A stretch of 64,000 nt of DNA from Lingula anatina (GCA_051362555.1 CM120643.1:3968001-4032000); one strand, 5' to 3'; counted from the first letter of the stretch, positions 27,001 through 41,934 are shown. Numbers and translations are program-made. The notes: generated by a model from the letters alone, not told the origin.

Positions 27001-30000
27001 CATGGAATTTGCCAGATTTTTCAGTGTAATTTTCAGTTTTTTTCAAGGATATTGTCGAAAGAAGATACTTTTCATTAGACACAGTCATTTGATCAGTTTA
27101 TCAGAGGTTTTTATTGTTGTTAAGCATCATTTGTACAAAAATCAGAAACATTGGACAAGATTTGAAAATTTTATTAACGTTTAACTATTTGAAATCCTTG
27201 GATTTGCCAGTCTTTTCAATGTAAATTTCATTTTTCCCAAATATTTTGTCCCAAAAAACACTTTTCATTAGATACAGTCAACAGATCATCTAATCACAGA
27301 TTTTTATTATTGTTAAGCATCATTTGTACAAATTTCAGAAATATTGGACAAGATTTGAAAATTTTATTAACGTTTAACTATTTTAAGTCATGAGATTTGC
27401 CAGTGTTTTCAACGTAAATTTCAGTTTTCCCAAATATGTTGTCCCAAAAAACACTTTTCATTAAATACAGTCAACAGATCATCTAATCACAGATTTTTAT
27501 TGTTGTTAAGCATCATTTGTACAAATTTCAGAAATATTGGACAAGATTTGAAAAAATTATTAACGTTTAACTATTTTATGTCGTGGAATTTGCCAGCGTT
27601 TTCTATGTTATTTTCAGTTTTTTCAGTTATATTGTTCTTTTTCCAGAGTACCCTTACCATGAAGATGCAGGCAGTGAAAGACAGCATCAAGAGCAGCACT
27701 ATGTCTTATCCATGTGTACAATACATGATATGTGGCAAGATTTAGGACATTGTCAAATGTTGTGATAACAGCAACCCATTCCAGAATTCCATCGTAAGGA
27801 GTAATCTGCATCTGGCATTGATAGTAAGGAGAAGTCATGTATGGATATATATTGTTTTCCAGATAACAGTTATAGGTAATTTGCAACCTCCTACACAAAC
27901 AACCTCAAATCATCACATTTGCTATTTAATTTTATAATCACATATTGGACAAGATTTGAAAATTTTATTAACGTTTAACTATTTTAAGTCATGAGATTTG
28001 CCAGTGTTTTCAACGTAAATTTCAGTTTTCCCAAATATGTTGTCCCAAAAAACACTTTTCATTAAATACAGTCAACAGATCATCTTATCACAAACAACCT
28101 CAAATCATCACATTTGCTATTTTATTTTATAATCACATTGCAAAATTATTAACATTTAACTATTTTAAGCCATGGAATTTGCCAGATTTTTCAGTGTAAT
28201 TTTCAGTTTTTTCAAGGATATTGTCGAAAGAAGATACTTTTCATTAGACACAGTCATTTGATCAGCTTATCACAGGTTTTTATTGTTGTTAAGCATCATT
28301 TGTACAAATTTCAGAAACACTGGACTAGATTTGACAAAATTATTAACGTTTAACTATTTGAAGTCCTTGGATTTGCCAGTCTTTTCAATGTAAATTTCAT
28401 TTTTCCCAAATATGTTGTCCCAAAAAACACTTTTCATTAAATACAGTCAACAGATCATCTAATCAGAGATGTTTATTATTGTTTAGCATCATTTGTACGA
28501 ATTTCAGAAATATTGGACAAGATTTGAAAAAATTATTAACGTTTAACTATTTTATGTCATGAGATTTGCCAGTGTTTTCAACGTAAATTTCAGTTTTCCC
28601 AAATATGTTGTCCCAAAAAACACTTTTCATTAAATACAGTCAACAGATCATCTAATCACAGATTTTTATTGTTGTTAAGCATCATTTGTACAAATTTCAG
28701 AAATATTGGACAAGATTTGAAAAAATTATTAACGTTTAACTATTTTATGTCGTGGAATTTGCCAGCGTTTTCTATGTTATTTTCAGTTTTTTCAGTTATA
28801 TTGTTCTTTTTCCAGAGTACCCTTACCATGAAGATGCAGGCAGTGAAAGACAGCATCAAGAGCAGCACTATGTCTTATCCATGTGTACAATACATGATAT
28901 GTGGCAAGATTTAGGACATTGTCAAATGTTGTGATAACAGCAACCCATTCCAGAATTCCATCGTAAGGAGTAATCTGCATCTGGCATTGATAGTAAGGAG
29001 AAGTCATGTATGGATATATATTGTTTTCCAGATAACAGTTATAGGTAATTTGCAACCTCCTACACAAACAACCTCAAATCATCACATTTGCTATTTTATT
29101 TTATAATCACATTGCAAAATTATTAACATTTAACTATTTTAAGCCATGGAATTTGCCAGATTTTTCAGTGTAATTTTCAGTTTTTTTCAAGGATATTGTC
29201 AAAAGAAAATACTTTTCATTAGACACAGTCATTTGATCAGCTTATCACAGGTTTTTATTGTTGTTAAGCATCATTTGTACAAAAATCAGAAACATTGGAC
29301 AAGATTTGAAAATTTTATTAACGTTTAACTATTTGAACTCCTTGGATTTGCCAGTCTTTTCAATGTAAATTTCATTTTTGCCAAATATTTTGTCCCAAAA
29401 AACACTTTTCATTAGATACAGTCAACAGATCATCTAATCACAGATTTTTATTATTGTTAAGCATCATTTGTACAAATTTCAGAAATATTGGACAAGATTT
29501 GAAAATTTTATTAACGTTTAACTATTTTAAGTCATTGTATTTGCCAGTCTTTTCAATGTAAATTTCAGTTGTCCTAAATTAATTGTCCCAAAAAACACTT
29601 TTCATTAGATACAGTCAACAGATCATCTAATCACAGATTTTTATTGTTGTTAAGCATCATTTGTACAAATTTCAGAAATATTGGACAAGATTTGAAAAAA
29701 TTATTAACGTTTAACTATTTTATGTCGTGGAATTTGCCAGCGTTTTCTATGTTATTTTCAGTTTTTCAGTTATATTGTTCTTTTTCCAGAGTACCCTTAC
29801 CATGAAGATGCAGGCAGTGAAAGACAGCATCAAGAGCAGCATTATGTCTTATCCAAGTGTACAATACATGATATGTGGCAAGATTTAGGACATTGTCAAA
29901 TGTTTTGATAACAACAACCCATTCCAGAAACCCATTGTAAGGAGTAATCTGCATCTGGCATTGATAGTAAGGAGAAGTCATGTATGGGTATATATTGTTT

Positions 30001-33000
30001 TTCAGATAACAGTTATAGGTAATTTGCAACCTCCTACACAAACAACCTCAAGTCATCACATTTGCTATTTTATTTTATAATCACATTGCAAAATTATTAA
30101 CATTTAACTATTTTAAGCCATGGAATTTGCCAGATTTTTCAGTGTAATTTTCAGTTTTTTTCAAGGATATTGTCGAAAGAAGATACTTTTCATTAGACAC
30201 AGTCATTTGATCAGCTTATCACAGGTTTTTATTGTTGTTAAGCATCATTTGTACAAATTTCAGAAATATTATACAAGATTTGACAAAATTATTAACGTTT
30301 AACTATTTGAACTCCTTGGATTTGCCAGTCTTTTCAATGTAAATTTCATTTTTCCCAAATATTTTGTCCCAAAAAACACTTTTCATTAAATACAGTCAAA
30401 AGATCATCTAATCACAGATTTTTATTATTGTTAAGCATCATTTGTACAAATTTCAGAAATATTGGACAAGATTTGAAAATTTTATTAACGTTTAACTATT
30501 TTAAGTCATGAGATTTGCCAGTGTTTTCAACGTAAATTTCAGTTTTCCCAAATATGTTGTCCCAAAAATCACTTTTCATTAGATACAGTGAACAGATCAT
30601 CTAATCACAGATTTTTATTATTGTTAAGCATCATTTGTACAAATTTCAGAAATATTGGACAAGATTTGAAAATTTAATTAACGTTTAACTATTTTAATTC
30701 ATGAGATTTGCCAGTCTTTTCAACGTAAATTTCAGTTTTCCCAAATATGTTGTCCCAAAAAACACTTTTCATTAAATACAGTCAACAGATCATCTAATCA
30801 CAGATTTTTATTGTTGTTAAGCATCATTTGTACAAATTTCAGAAATATTGGACAAGATTTGACAAAACTATTAACGTTTAACTATTTTATGTCGTGGAAT
30901 TTGCCAGCGTTTTCTATGTTATTTTCAGTTTTTTCAGTTATATTGTTCTTTTTCCAGAGTACCTTTACCATGAAGATGCAGGCAGCGAAAGACAGCACCA
31001 AGAGCAGCACTATGTCTTATCCATGTGTACAATACATGATATGTGGCAAGATTTAGAACATTGTCAAATGTTGTGATAACAGCAACCCATTCCAGAATTC
31101 CATTGTAAGGATTAATCTGCATCTGGCATTGATAGTAAGGAGAAGTCATGTATGGATATATATTGTTTTTCAGATAACAGTTATAGGTAATTTGCAACCT
31201 CCTACACAAACAACCTCAAATCATCACATTTGCTATTTTATTTTATAATCACATTGCAAAATTATTAACATTTAACTATTTTAAGCCATGGAATTTGCCA
31301 GATTTTTCAGTGTAATTTTCAGTTTTTTCAAGGATATTGTCGAAAGAAGATACTTTTCATTAGACACAGTCATTTGATCAGCTTATCACAGGTTTTTATT
31401 GTTGTTAAGCATCATTTGTACAAATTTCAGAAACACTGGACTAGATTTGACAAAATTATTAACGTTTAACTATTTGAAGTCATTGGATTTGCCAGTCTTT
31501 TCAATGTAAATTTCATTTTTCCCAAATATGTTGTCCCAAAAAACACTTTTCATTAAATACAGTCAACAGATCATCTAATCAGAGATGTTTATTATTGTTT
31601 AGCATCATTTGTACGAATTTCAGAAATATTGGACAAGATTTGAAAAAATTAATAACGTTTAACTATTTTATGTCGTGGAATTTGCCAGCGTTTTCTATGT
31701 TATTTTCAGTTTTTTCAGTTATATTGTTCTTTTTCCAGAGTACCCTTACCATGAAGATGCAGGCAGTGAAAGACAGCATCAAGAGCAGCATTATGTCTTA
31801 TCCAAGTGTACAATACATGATATGTGGCAAGATTTAGGACATTGTCAAATGTTTTGATAACAACAACCCATTCCAGAAACCCATTGTAAGGAGTAATCTG
31901 CATCTGGCATTGATAGTAAGGAGAAGTCATGTATGGGTATATATTGTTTTTCAGATAACAGTTATAGGTAATTTGCAACCTCCTACACAAACAACCTCAA
32001 ATCATCACATTTGCTATTTTATTTTATAATCACATTGCAAAATTATTAACATTTAACTATTTTAAGCCATGGAATTTGCCAGATTTTTCAGTGTAATTTT
32101 CAGTTTTTTTCAAGGATATTGTCGAAAGAAGATACTTTTCATTAGACACAGTCATTTGATCAGCTTATCACAGGTTTTTATTGTTGTTAAGCATCATTTG
32201 TACAAATTTCAGAAACACTGGACTAGATTTGACAAAATTATTAACGTTTAACTATTTGAAGTCCTTGGATTTGCCAGTCTTTTCAATGTAAATTTCATTT
32301 TTCCCAAATATGTTGTCCCAAAAAACACTTTTTATTAAATACAGTCAACAGATCATCTAATCAGAGATGTTTATTATTGTTTAGCATCATTTGTACGAAT
32401 TTCAGAAATATTGGACAAGATTTGAAAAAATTATTAACGTTTAACTATTTTATGTCGTGGAATTTGCCAGCGTTTTCTATGTTATTTTCAGTTTTTTCAG
32501 TTATATTGTTCTTTTTCCAGAGTACCCTTACCATGAAGATGCAGGCAGTGAAAGACAGCATCAAGAGCAGCATTATGTCTTATCCAAGTGTACAATACAT
32601 GATATGTGGCAAGATTTAGGACATTGTCAAATGTTTTGATAACAACAACCCATTCCAGAAACCCATTGTAAGGAGTAATCTGCATCTAGCATTGATAGTA
32701 AGGAGAAGTCATGTATGGGTATATATTGTTTTTCAGATAACAGTTATAGGTAATTTGCAACCTCCTACACAAACAACCTCAAATCATCACATTTGCTATT
32801 TTATTTTATAATCACATTGCAAAATTATTAACATTTAACTATTTTAAGCCATGGAATTTGCCAGATTTTTCAGTGTAATTTTCAGTTTTTTTCAAGGATA
32901 TTGTCGAAAGAAGATACTTTTCATTAGACATAGTCATTTGATCAGCTTATCACAGGTTTTTATTGTTGTTAAGCATCATTTGTACAAAAATCAGAAATAT

Positions 33001-36000
33001 TATACAAGATTTGACAAAATTATTAACGTTTAACTATTTGAACTCCTTGGATTTGCCAGTCTTTTCAATGTAAATTTCATTTTTCCCAAATATTTTGTCC
33101 CAAAAAACACTTTTCATTAGATACAGTCAACAGATCATCTAATCACAGATTTTTATTATTGTTAAGCATCATTTGTACAAATTTCAGAAATATTGGACAA
33201 GATTTGAAAATTTTATTAACGTTTAACTATTTTAATTCATGAGATTTGCCAGTCTTTTCAACGTAAATTTCAGTTTTCCCAAATATGTTGTCCCAAAAAA
33301 CACTTTTCATTAGATACAGTCAACAGATCATCTAATCACAGATTTTTATTGTTGTTAAGCATCATTTGTACAAATTTCAGAAATATTGGACAATATTTGA
33401 CAAAACAATTAACGTTTAACTATTTTATGTCGTGGAATTTGCCAGCGTTTTCTATGTTATTTTCAGTTTTTTCAGTTATATTGTTCTTTTTCCATAGTAC
33501 CTTTACCATGAAGATGCAGGCAGTGAAAGACAGCACCAAGAGCAGCACTATGTCTTATCCATGTGTACAGTACATGATATGTGGCAAGATTTAGGACATT
33601 GTCAAATGTTGTGATAGCAGCAACCCATTCCAGAATTCCATTGTAAGGAGTAATCTGCATCTGGCATTGATAGTAAGAAGAAGTCTTGTATGGATATATA
33701 TTGTTTTCCAGATAACAGTTATAGGTAATTTGCAACCTCCTACACAAACAACCTCAAATCATCACATTTGCTATTTAATTTTATAATCACATTGCAAAAT
33801 TATTAACATTTAACTATTTTAAGCCATGGAATTTGCCAGATTTTTCAGTGTAATTTTCAGTTTTTTTCAAGGATATTGTCGAAAGAAGATACTTTTCATT
33901 AGACACAGTCATTTGATCAGTTTATCAGAGGTTTTTATTGTTGTTAAGCATCATTTGTACAAAAATCAGAAATATTGGACAAGATTTGAAAATTTTATTA
34001 ACGTTTAACTATTTGAAATCCTTGGATTTGCCAGTCTTTTCAATGTAAATTTCATTTTTCCCAAATATGTTGTCCCAAAAAACACTTTTCATTAAATACA
34101 GTCAACAGATCATCTAATCAAAGATTTTTATTGTTGTTAAGCATCATTTGTACAAATTTCAGAAATATTGGACAAGATTTGAAAAAATTATTAACGTTTA
34201 ACTATTTTATGTCGTGGAATTTGCCAGCGTTTTCTATGTTATTTTCAGTTTTTTCAGTTATATTGTTCTTTTTCCAGAGTACCCTTACCATGAAGATGCA
34301 GGCAGTGAAAGACAGCATCAAGAGCAGCATTATGTCTTATCCAAGTGTACAATACATGATATGTGGCAAGATTTAGGACATTGTGAAATGTTTTGATAAC
34401 AACAACCCATTCCAGAAACCCATTGTAAGGAGTAATCTACATCTGGCATTGATAGTAAGGAGAAGTCATGTATGGGTATATATTGTTTTTCAGATAACAG
34501 TTATAGGTAATTTGCAACCTCCTACACAAACAACCTCAAATCATCACATTTGCTATTTTATTTTATAATCACATTGCAAAATTATTAACATTTAACTATT
34601 TTAAGCCATGGAATTTGCCAGATTTTTCAGTGTAATTTTCAGTTTTTTTCAAGGATATTGTCAAAAGAAAATACTTTTCATTAGACACAGTCATTTGATC
34701 AGCTTATCACAGGTTTTTATTGTTGTTAAGCATCATTTGTACAAAAATCAGAAACATTGGACAAGATTTGAAAATTTTATTAACGTTTAACTATTTGAAG
34801 TCCTTGGATTTGCCAGTCTTTTCAATGTAAATTTCATTTTTGCCAAATATTTTGTCCCAAAAAACACTTTTCATTAGATACAGTCAACAGATCATCTAAT
34901 CACAGATTTTTATTATTGTTAAGCATTATTTGTACAAATTTCAGAAATATTGGACAAGATTTGAAAATTTTATTAACGTTTAACTATTTTAAGTCATTGT
35001 ATTTGCCAGTCTTTTCAATGTAAATTTCAGTTGTCCTAAATTAATTGTCCCAAAAAACACTTTTCATTAGATACAGTCAACAGATCATCTAATCACAGAT
35101 TTTTATTGTTGTTAAGCATCATTTGTACAAATTTCAGAAATATTGGACAAGATTTGAAAAAATTATTAACGTTTAACTATTTTATGTCGTGGAATTTGCC
35201 AGCGTTTTCTATGTTATTTTCAGTTTTTCAGTTATATTGTTCTTTTTCCAGAGTACCCTTACCATGAAGATGCAGGCAGTGAAAGACAGCATCAAGAGCA
35301 GCATTATGTCTTATCCAAGTGTACAATACATGATATGTGGCAAGATTTAGGACATTGTCAAATGTTTTGATAACAACAACCCATTCCAGAAACCCATTGT
35401 AAGGAGTAATCTGCATCTGGCATTGATAGTAAGGAGAAGTCATGTATGGGTATATATTGTTTTTCAGATAACAGTTATAGGTAATTTGCAACCTCCTACA
35501 CAAACAACCTCAAATCATCACATTTGCTATTTTATTTTATAATCACATTGCAAAATTATTAACATTTAACTATTTTAAGCCATGGAATTTGCCAGATTTT
35601 TCAGTGTAATTTTCAGTTTTTTTCAAGGATATTGTCGAAAGAAGATACTTTTCATTAGACACAGTCATTTGATCAGCTTATCACAGGTTTTTATTGTTGT
35701 TAAGCATCATTTGTACAAATTTCAGAAATATTATACAAGATTTGACAAAATTATTAACGTTTAACTATTTGAACTCCTTGGATTTGCCAGTCTTTTCAAT
35801 GTAAATTTCATTTTTCCCAAATATTTTGTCCCAAAAAACACTTTTCATTAAATACAGTCAAAAGATCATCTAATCACAGATTTTTATTATTGTTAAGCAT
35901 CATTTGTACAAATTTCAGAAATATTGGACAAGATTTGAAAATTTTATTAACGTTTAACTATTTTAAGTCATGAGATTTGCCAGTGTTTTCAACGTAAATT

Positions 36001-39000
36001 TCAGTTTTCCCAAATATGTTGTCCCAAAAATCACTTTTCATTAGATACAGTGAACAGATCATCTAATCACAGATTTTTATTATTGTTAAGCATCATTTGT
36101 ACAAATTTCAGAAATATTGGACAAGATTTGAAAATTTAATTAACGTTTAACTATTTTAATTCATGAGATTTGCCAGTCTTTTCAACGTAAATTTCAGTTT
36201 TCCCAAATATGTTGTCCCAAAAAACACTTTTCATTAAATACAGTCAACAGATCATCTAATCACAGATTTTTATTGTTGTTAAGCATCATTTGTACAAATT
36301 TCAGAAATATTGGACAAGATTTGACAAAACTATTAACGTTTAACTATTTTATGTCGTGGAATTTGCCAGCGTTTTCTATGTTATTTTCAGTTTTTTCAGT
36401 TATATTGTTCTTTTTCCATAGTACCTTTACCATGAAGATGCAGGCAGCGAAAGACAGCACCAAGAGCAGCACTATGTCTTATCCATGTGTACAATACATG
36501 ATATGTGGCAAGATTTAGAACATTGTCAAATGTTGTGATAACAGCAACCCATTCCAGAATTCCATTGTAAGGATTAATCTGCATCTGGCATTGATAGTAA
36601 GGAGAAGTCATGTATGGATATATATTGTTTTTCAGATAACAGTTATAGGTAATTTGCAACCTCCTACACAAACAACCTCAAATCATCACATTTGCTATTT
36701 TATTTTATAATCACATTGCAAAATTATTAACATTTAACTATTTTAAGCCATGGAATTTGCCAGATTTTTCAGTGTAATTTTCAGTTTTTTCAAGGATATT
36801 GTCGAAAGAAGATACTTTTCATTAGACACAGTCATTTGATCAGCTTATCACAGGTTTTTATTGTTGTTAAGCATCATTTGTACAAATTTCAGAAACACTG
36901 GACTAGATTTGACAAAATTATTAACGTTTAACTATTTGAAGTCCTTGGATTTGCCAGTCTTTTCAATGTAAATTTCATTTTTCCCAAATATGTTGTCCCA
37001 AAAAACACTTTTCATTAAATACAGTCAACAGATCATCTAATCAGAGATGTTTATTATTGTTTAGCATCATTTGTACGAATTTCAGAAATATTGGACAAGA
37101 TTTGAAAAAATTAATAACGTTTAACTATTTTATGTCGTGGAATTTGCCAGCGTTTTCTATGTTATTTTCAGTTTTTTCAGTTATATTGTTCTTTTTCCAG
37201 AGTACCCTTACCATGAAGATGCAGGCAGTGAAAGACAGCATCAAGAGCAGCATTATGTCTTATCCAAGTGTACAATACATGATATGTGGCAAGATTTAGG
37301 ACATTGTCAAATGTTTTGATAACAACAACCCATTCCAGAAACCCATTGTAAGGAGTAATCTGCATCTGGCATTGATAGTAAGGAGAAGTCATGTATGGGT
37401 ATATATTGTTTTTCAGATAACAGTTATAGGTAATTTGCAACCTCCTACACAAACAACCTCAAATCATCACATTTGCTATTTTATTTTATAATCACATTGC
37501 AAAATTATTAACATTTAACTATTTTAAGCCATGGAATTTGCCAGATTTTTCAGTGTAATTTTCAGTTTTTTTCAAGGATATTGTCGAAAGAAGATACTTT
37601 TCATTAGACACAGTCATTTGATCAGCTTATCACAGGTTTTTATTGTTGTTAAGCATCATTTGTACAAATTTCAGAAACACTGGACTAGATTTGACAAAAT
37701 TATTAACGTTTAACTATTTGAAGTCCTTGGATTTGCCAGTCTTTTCAATGTAAATTTCATTTTTCCCAAATATGTTGTCCCAAAAAACACTTTTTATTAA
37801 ATACAGTCAACAGATCATCTAATCAGAGATGTTTATTATTGTTTAGCATCATTTGTACGAATTTCAGAAATATTGGACAAGATTTGAAAAAATTATTAAC
37901 GTTTAACTATTTTATGTCGTGGAATTTGCCAGCGTTTTCTATGTTATTTTCAGTTTTTTCAGTTATATTGTTCTTTTTCCAGAGTACCCTTACCATGAAG
38001 ATGCAGGCAGTGAAAGACAGCATCAAGAGCAGCATTATGTCTTATCCAAGTGTACAATACATGATATGTGGCAAGATTTAGGACATTGTCAAATGTTTTG
38101 ATAACAACAACCCATTCCAGAAACCCATTGTAAGGAGTAATCTGCATCTAGCATTGATAGTAAGGAGAAGTCATGTATGGGTATATATTGTTTTTCAGAT
38201 AACAGTTATAGGTAATTTGCAACCTCCTACACAAACAACCTCAAATCATCACATTTGCTATTTTATTTTATAATCACATTGCAAAATTATTAACATTTAA
38301 CTATTTTAAGCCATGGAATTTGCCAGATTTTTCAGTGTAATTTTCAGTTTTTTTCAAGGATATTGTCGAAAGAAGATACTTTTCATTAGACACAGTCAAC
38401 AGATCATCTAATCACAGATTTTTATTATTGTTAAGCATCATTTGTACAAATTTCAGAAATATTGGACAAGATTTGAAAATTTTATTAACGTTTAACTATT
38501 TTAATTCATGAGATTTGCCAGTCTTTTCAACGTAAATTTCAGTTTTCCCAAATATGTTGTCCCAAAAAACACTTTTCATTAGATACAGTCAACAGATCAT
38601 CTAATCACAGATTTTTATTGTTGTTAAGCATCATTTGTACAAATTTCAGAAATATTGGACAATATTTGACAAAACAATTAACGTTTAACTATTTTATGTC
38701 GTGGAATTTGCCAGCGTTTTCTATGTTATTTTCAGTTTTTTCAGTTATATTGTTCTTTTTCCATAGTACCTTTACCATGAAGATGCAGGCAGTGAAAGAC
38801 AGCACCAAGAGCAGCACTATGTCTTATCCATGTGTACAGTACATGATATGTGGCAAGATTTAGGACATTGTCAAATGTTGTGATAGCAGCAACCCATTCC
38901 AGAAACCCATTGTAAGGAGTAATCTGCATCTGGCATTGATAGTAAGAAGAAGTCTTGTATGGATATATATTGTTTTCCAGATAACAGTTATAGGTAATTT

Positions 39001-39810
39001 GCAACCTCCTACACAAACAACCTCAAATCATCACATTTGCTATTTAATTTTATAATCACATTGCAAAATTATTAACATTTAACTATTTTAAGCCATGGAA
39101 TTTGCCAGATTTTTCAGTGTAATTTTCAGTTTTTTCAAGGATATTGTCGAAAGAAGATACTTTTCATTAGACACAGTCATTTGATCAGCTTATCTCAGGT
39201 TTTTATTGTTATTAAGCATCATTTGTACAAAAATCAGAAACATTGGACAAGATTTGAAAATTTTATTAACGTTTAACTATTTGAAGTCCTTGGATTTGCC
39301 AGTCTTTTCAATGTAAATTTCATTTTTGCCAAATATTTTGTCCCAAAAAACACTTTTCATTAGATACAGTGAACAGATCATCTAATCACAGATTTTTATT
39401 ATTGTTAAGCATCATTTGTACAAATTTCAGAAATATTGGACAAGATTTGAAAATTTTATTAACGTTTAACTATTTTAAGTCATGAGATTTGCCAGTGTTT
39501 TCAACGTAAATTTCAGTTTTCCCAAATATGTTGTCCCAAAAAACACTTTTCATTAAATACAGTCAACAGATCATCTAATCACAGATTTTTATTGTTGTTA
39601 AGCATCATTTGTACAAATTTCAGAAATATTAGACAAGATTTGACAAAATTATTAACGTTTAACTATATTAAGCCCTTGGATTTGCTAGTCTTTCCAATGT
39701 AATTTTCAGTTTTTTCAGTTATATTGTTCTTTTTCCAGAGTACCCTTACCATGAAAATGCAGGCAGTGAAAGACAGCACCAAGAGCAGCACTTTGTCTTA
39801 TCCATGTGTT
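21050..39810. repeat. ~19-kb complex macrosatellite: 193-bp monomers interleaved with ~20 copies of an exon-like cassette
   Basis: The cassette start TTTTTCCAG|AGTACC (or CCATAG) recurs at about 21200, 21982, 22958, 23923, 24898, 26067, 26668, 27643, 28812, 29786, 30954, 31735, 32517, 33492, 34274, 35248, 36416, 37197, 37979 and 38761, and truncated at 39735. Spacings are mostly 782/975/1168 bp, i.e. steps of 193 bp. Confidence 0.95.
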
Positions 39811-40130
39811 GAGAGGAAATATGTCTCACACAAAGCAGAATAGATGTTGGTAGTTATGATGGAACTTTATTATGAAGTGTTATATTAAACCCATATAATA
39901 TATTTGTTCTTTTATGGGTGAAGCTTTCCAACTCTGATGAAGAATTGGAATTCCTGTTTACTAAATAATTCCAGATAAAATGTTTCGCTATTAAAGAGTC
40001 AGTCCTCCTGTTTGAATATAGTGTTTGTGCTGATGTTCTGTTTGCAGAAACTTTAGCCCACATGCTTGCATATAAAATATTCCTCAAAGAACTCTCATAC
40101 CAATATTTGGTTTATTTGTTGCTAATTTAA
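39810..40130 (-). mobile_element. Possible L1/Tx1-like LINE 3' fragment truncating the macrosatellite
   Basis: The minus-strand relic RNILYASM..TDSLIAKHFIWNYL..NILYG loosely resembles the L1/Tx1 ORF2 C-terminal region. It abuts the last, truncated cassette. Confidence 0.35.
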
Positions 40131-40824
40131 CAATAAGAAGTCAGTTAACAGATTTTTAAAATCTTGTTTAATCTGTAAGCTTTACAGATTGCAAGACGTA
40201 ACCATGAGACTGTATTGTTACATAGTAGTTAGCACATATATTAACTGGATTAATGGACTGAATTAAAAGTATCAAGTATCAAGTATCAAGGCAAATACAA
40301 TCAACAAAAAAGTTCCATGACAAGTATTATCTGACCCGTAATAATGATATTTTTGTTGTATTTAAAATTTGAGGGAAATGATACAGCTTAGTTAATGTAA
40401 CAGTGGAGTTGAAATTAAGAATCCAGATGAAAATCAAAAACAGCACTTTGCAGTTTGTTTTAATACATTATCCTAGAAATACATCTGTGTCGGCTTGCTT
40501 GGTGTACTCAACATTCCAAGAGCTGTTGACTTGGTTCAGAAAAGGGTAGAAGATAAATTTTAATTTTACAATATACAAGACATAATAATGCTTTTTCCTT
40601 CTGGCTTTAAACTGTATGTCATGTGACATTTGTATAGATGTCTTCAGATGGAAATTTTATTAATGTTGTACAAATATAAAAGTTTTAAGAAGGCTGGAAG
40701 AAAATTTGTCCCACACCATTGCAACATTCACTTAAATATGATTTTTATTTTCAGCCATGTCTGTACATTGCTGTCACCTATGCTATTCTCAATTTCTTGG
40801 CATGTTAACCGTCTCATTGAACTA

Positions 40825-41104
40825 ATTACCTCCACCAAGGAGGTTATGTTTTCACCCCTGTTTGTCTGTCATCCACATAACTCAAAAAGCTATGGACCGA
40901 TTTTGATGAAATTTTCAGGAACTGTCAGAAGTGGACCAAAGAACAGATGAATAGTTTTTGGCGGTGATCCAGATCAATAATCAATCAATAATCAAAAATA
41001 AAAAACTTAATCATTATAGAATGAAAATTTAGGGGTGAAATGGCAGTGGGTGGAGACTTTGCTGACTTGGCAGAGGTCTGCGCTCTTGGAGTGCTTTTTT
41101 AGTT
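40825..41104 (+). mobile_element. Short Helentron-associated element (HINE)
   Basis: 5' ATTACCTCCACCAAGGAGGTTATGTTTT (subTIR + IR) and 3' CTTGGCAGAGGT-CTGCGCTCTTGGAGTGC..TAGTT (subTIR + hairpin). Confidence 0.8.
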
Positions 41105-41934
41105 GCATATGTAAACATGTTCTTTTGACATTTTCTGCATCTTAACAATTTTATTAGTTGTTTATATTAAAATGATGGTAAATCTGTTATCATGTATTGT
41201 GAAATAAAGAATAAGAAATGGAAATAAAATGATATCAGTGTAGTTTGTCAGATTCGTTCCTTTACTGTTTTCAGATCAAGGAAATTAGATATTTAAAATT
41301 GTTCTATTGATGTATTTTTTATTTGTTTGAATAGAGGTCTGTCCATACTGTAATGCCATACTTGAAATTTTGTTAATTCTTTTGGAGGTGGTGCATTGTT
41401 CTTTATGTATGAAGATATATTGATTTTCATTTTAAGATACTAGTGAAAGTCTTTTTGTTTTTGGTACATGCATGCCAATAGTATGTATGTTCTTCATTAT
41501 TTCACTGTAATAAAGGATATTTTGAGGAAAATATGTATGTTCAATTGTTGCTCTTTTTCTCCCTCTAATCTTTTCCCTTTCACTTTAATTTTATAAGAAA
41601 AACAAATAATTTTTGTGAAAAAAATGGAATAATATCAATGAGTAGATTTTCCAATTAAAAATATACAAAGGTTAGACAAAATTCTAATTTCAAGAGGGGA
41701 ATATTGGTGCGATATATTTTTCAGAAACCTCTAAATCCGCCACTGCGTTACCGATATGCACGTTACCATATTGCATGTAGATTGTTGTTGTTATTTACGT
41801 TGTGAGTTGTCTGTCGGCGCAACACTCAATAACTCCCTATCCTTTAACTTGTTTGATTCCGTTATAATCTTTATCTGCAGTTGGAAAAGGTGTAAGTCAT
41901 TTACTTTACAACATCAATTGAAAAGGCTACAAGT

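Noticed and set aside
21050-39810. About 70 short ORFs (60-91 aa) repeated through the array, and a CRISPR-like repeat/spacer look
   Set aside because: The ORFs are by-products of the tandem repeat. The intervening sequences are themselves repeated rather than unique spacers, and there are no cas genes in this eukaryotic context.
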